Below are positions 63,885-64,000 of a stretch of DNA of 64,000 nt, piece by piece. The notes under the pieces were generated by a model that saw nothing but the letters and a program-made list of their open reading frames with translations, ran no database searches and was not told the DNA's origin. Position 1 is the first letter of the stretch; the number at the start of each line of letters is the position of its first letter. Position numbers and translations under genes: made by a program. Origin of the DNA: an uncultured Candidatus Binatia bacterium (GTDB lineage Bacteria; Desulfobacterota; Binatia; UBA9968; JAJDTQ01). The stretch spans positions 3,520,001-3,584,000 of the forward strand of contig OZ219754.1 in the NCBI GenBank assembly GCA_964291295.2. The letters run 5' to 3'.

Positions 63885-64000
63885 CTATGCGGACGGGCTC
63901 CGGGGCCCGAACAGCGCGGTGCCGACCCGTACCAGCGTCGACCCCTCGGCTACCGCCACCTGGTAGTCGTGAGTCATTCCCATGGAAAGATCCTCCAGCG
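63885..64000 (-). CDS. yggS: PLP homeostasis protein YggS, 3' end only
   Basis: Minus strand LEDLSMGMTHDYQVAVAEGSTLVRVGTALFG...*, the canonical YggS C-terminus. Not in the ORF track. Confidence 0.92.
   Translation of the reverse strand, partial: LEDLSMGMTHDYQVAVAEGSTLVRVGTALFGPRSPSA

Overview
High-GC bacterial window in three parts; gene content is most like a deltaproteobacterial or Binatia-type lineage (inference only). (1) Accessory left end, 1-17.4 kb: the 3' part of an IS4/IS50-group transposase abuts an internally deleted IS5 remnant. About 60 bp downstream lies an apparently intact, less GC-rich type I-G (I-U) CRISPR interference operon (cas3 with C-terminal HD, csx17/cas8g, csb1/cas7, csb2/cas5-6). 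No cas1/cas4/cas2 and no CRISPR array are visible in the window. Then come a Nit1-like amidase, sixA and a lexA-imuA-imuB-dnaE2 mutagenesis cassette with a 26-bp palindrome at the lexA promoter. (2) Catabolic island, 17.7-33 kb: tctA, tctB, a small secreted protein, two tctC genes, a UbiD-family (de)carboxylase, an SDR, an acetone-carboxylase/hydantoinase beta-like subunit, an alpha-like subunit fused to a gamma-like Cys-rich domain, and a citryl-CoA-lyase-like gene. An LLM oxidoreductase and a D-2-hydroxyacid dehydrogenase flank it. (3) Core housekeeping genes, 33-64 kb: leu/ilv/asd/truA/psd/pssA, tsaB-rseP-dxr-cdsA-uppS-frr-pyrH-tsf-rpsB, rho, ribF, tol-pal, pgk-tpiA-secG-tRNA-Leu, yggT and yggS. 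The best leads are the array-less type I-G module with a Cas3 insertion, the double-carboxylase island with its alpha-gamma fusion and possible fourth TTT component, a candidate new LexA box, and a probable ATC start codon in psd. All calls come from reading motifs by eye; no searches were run.
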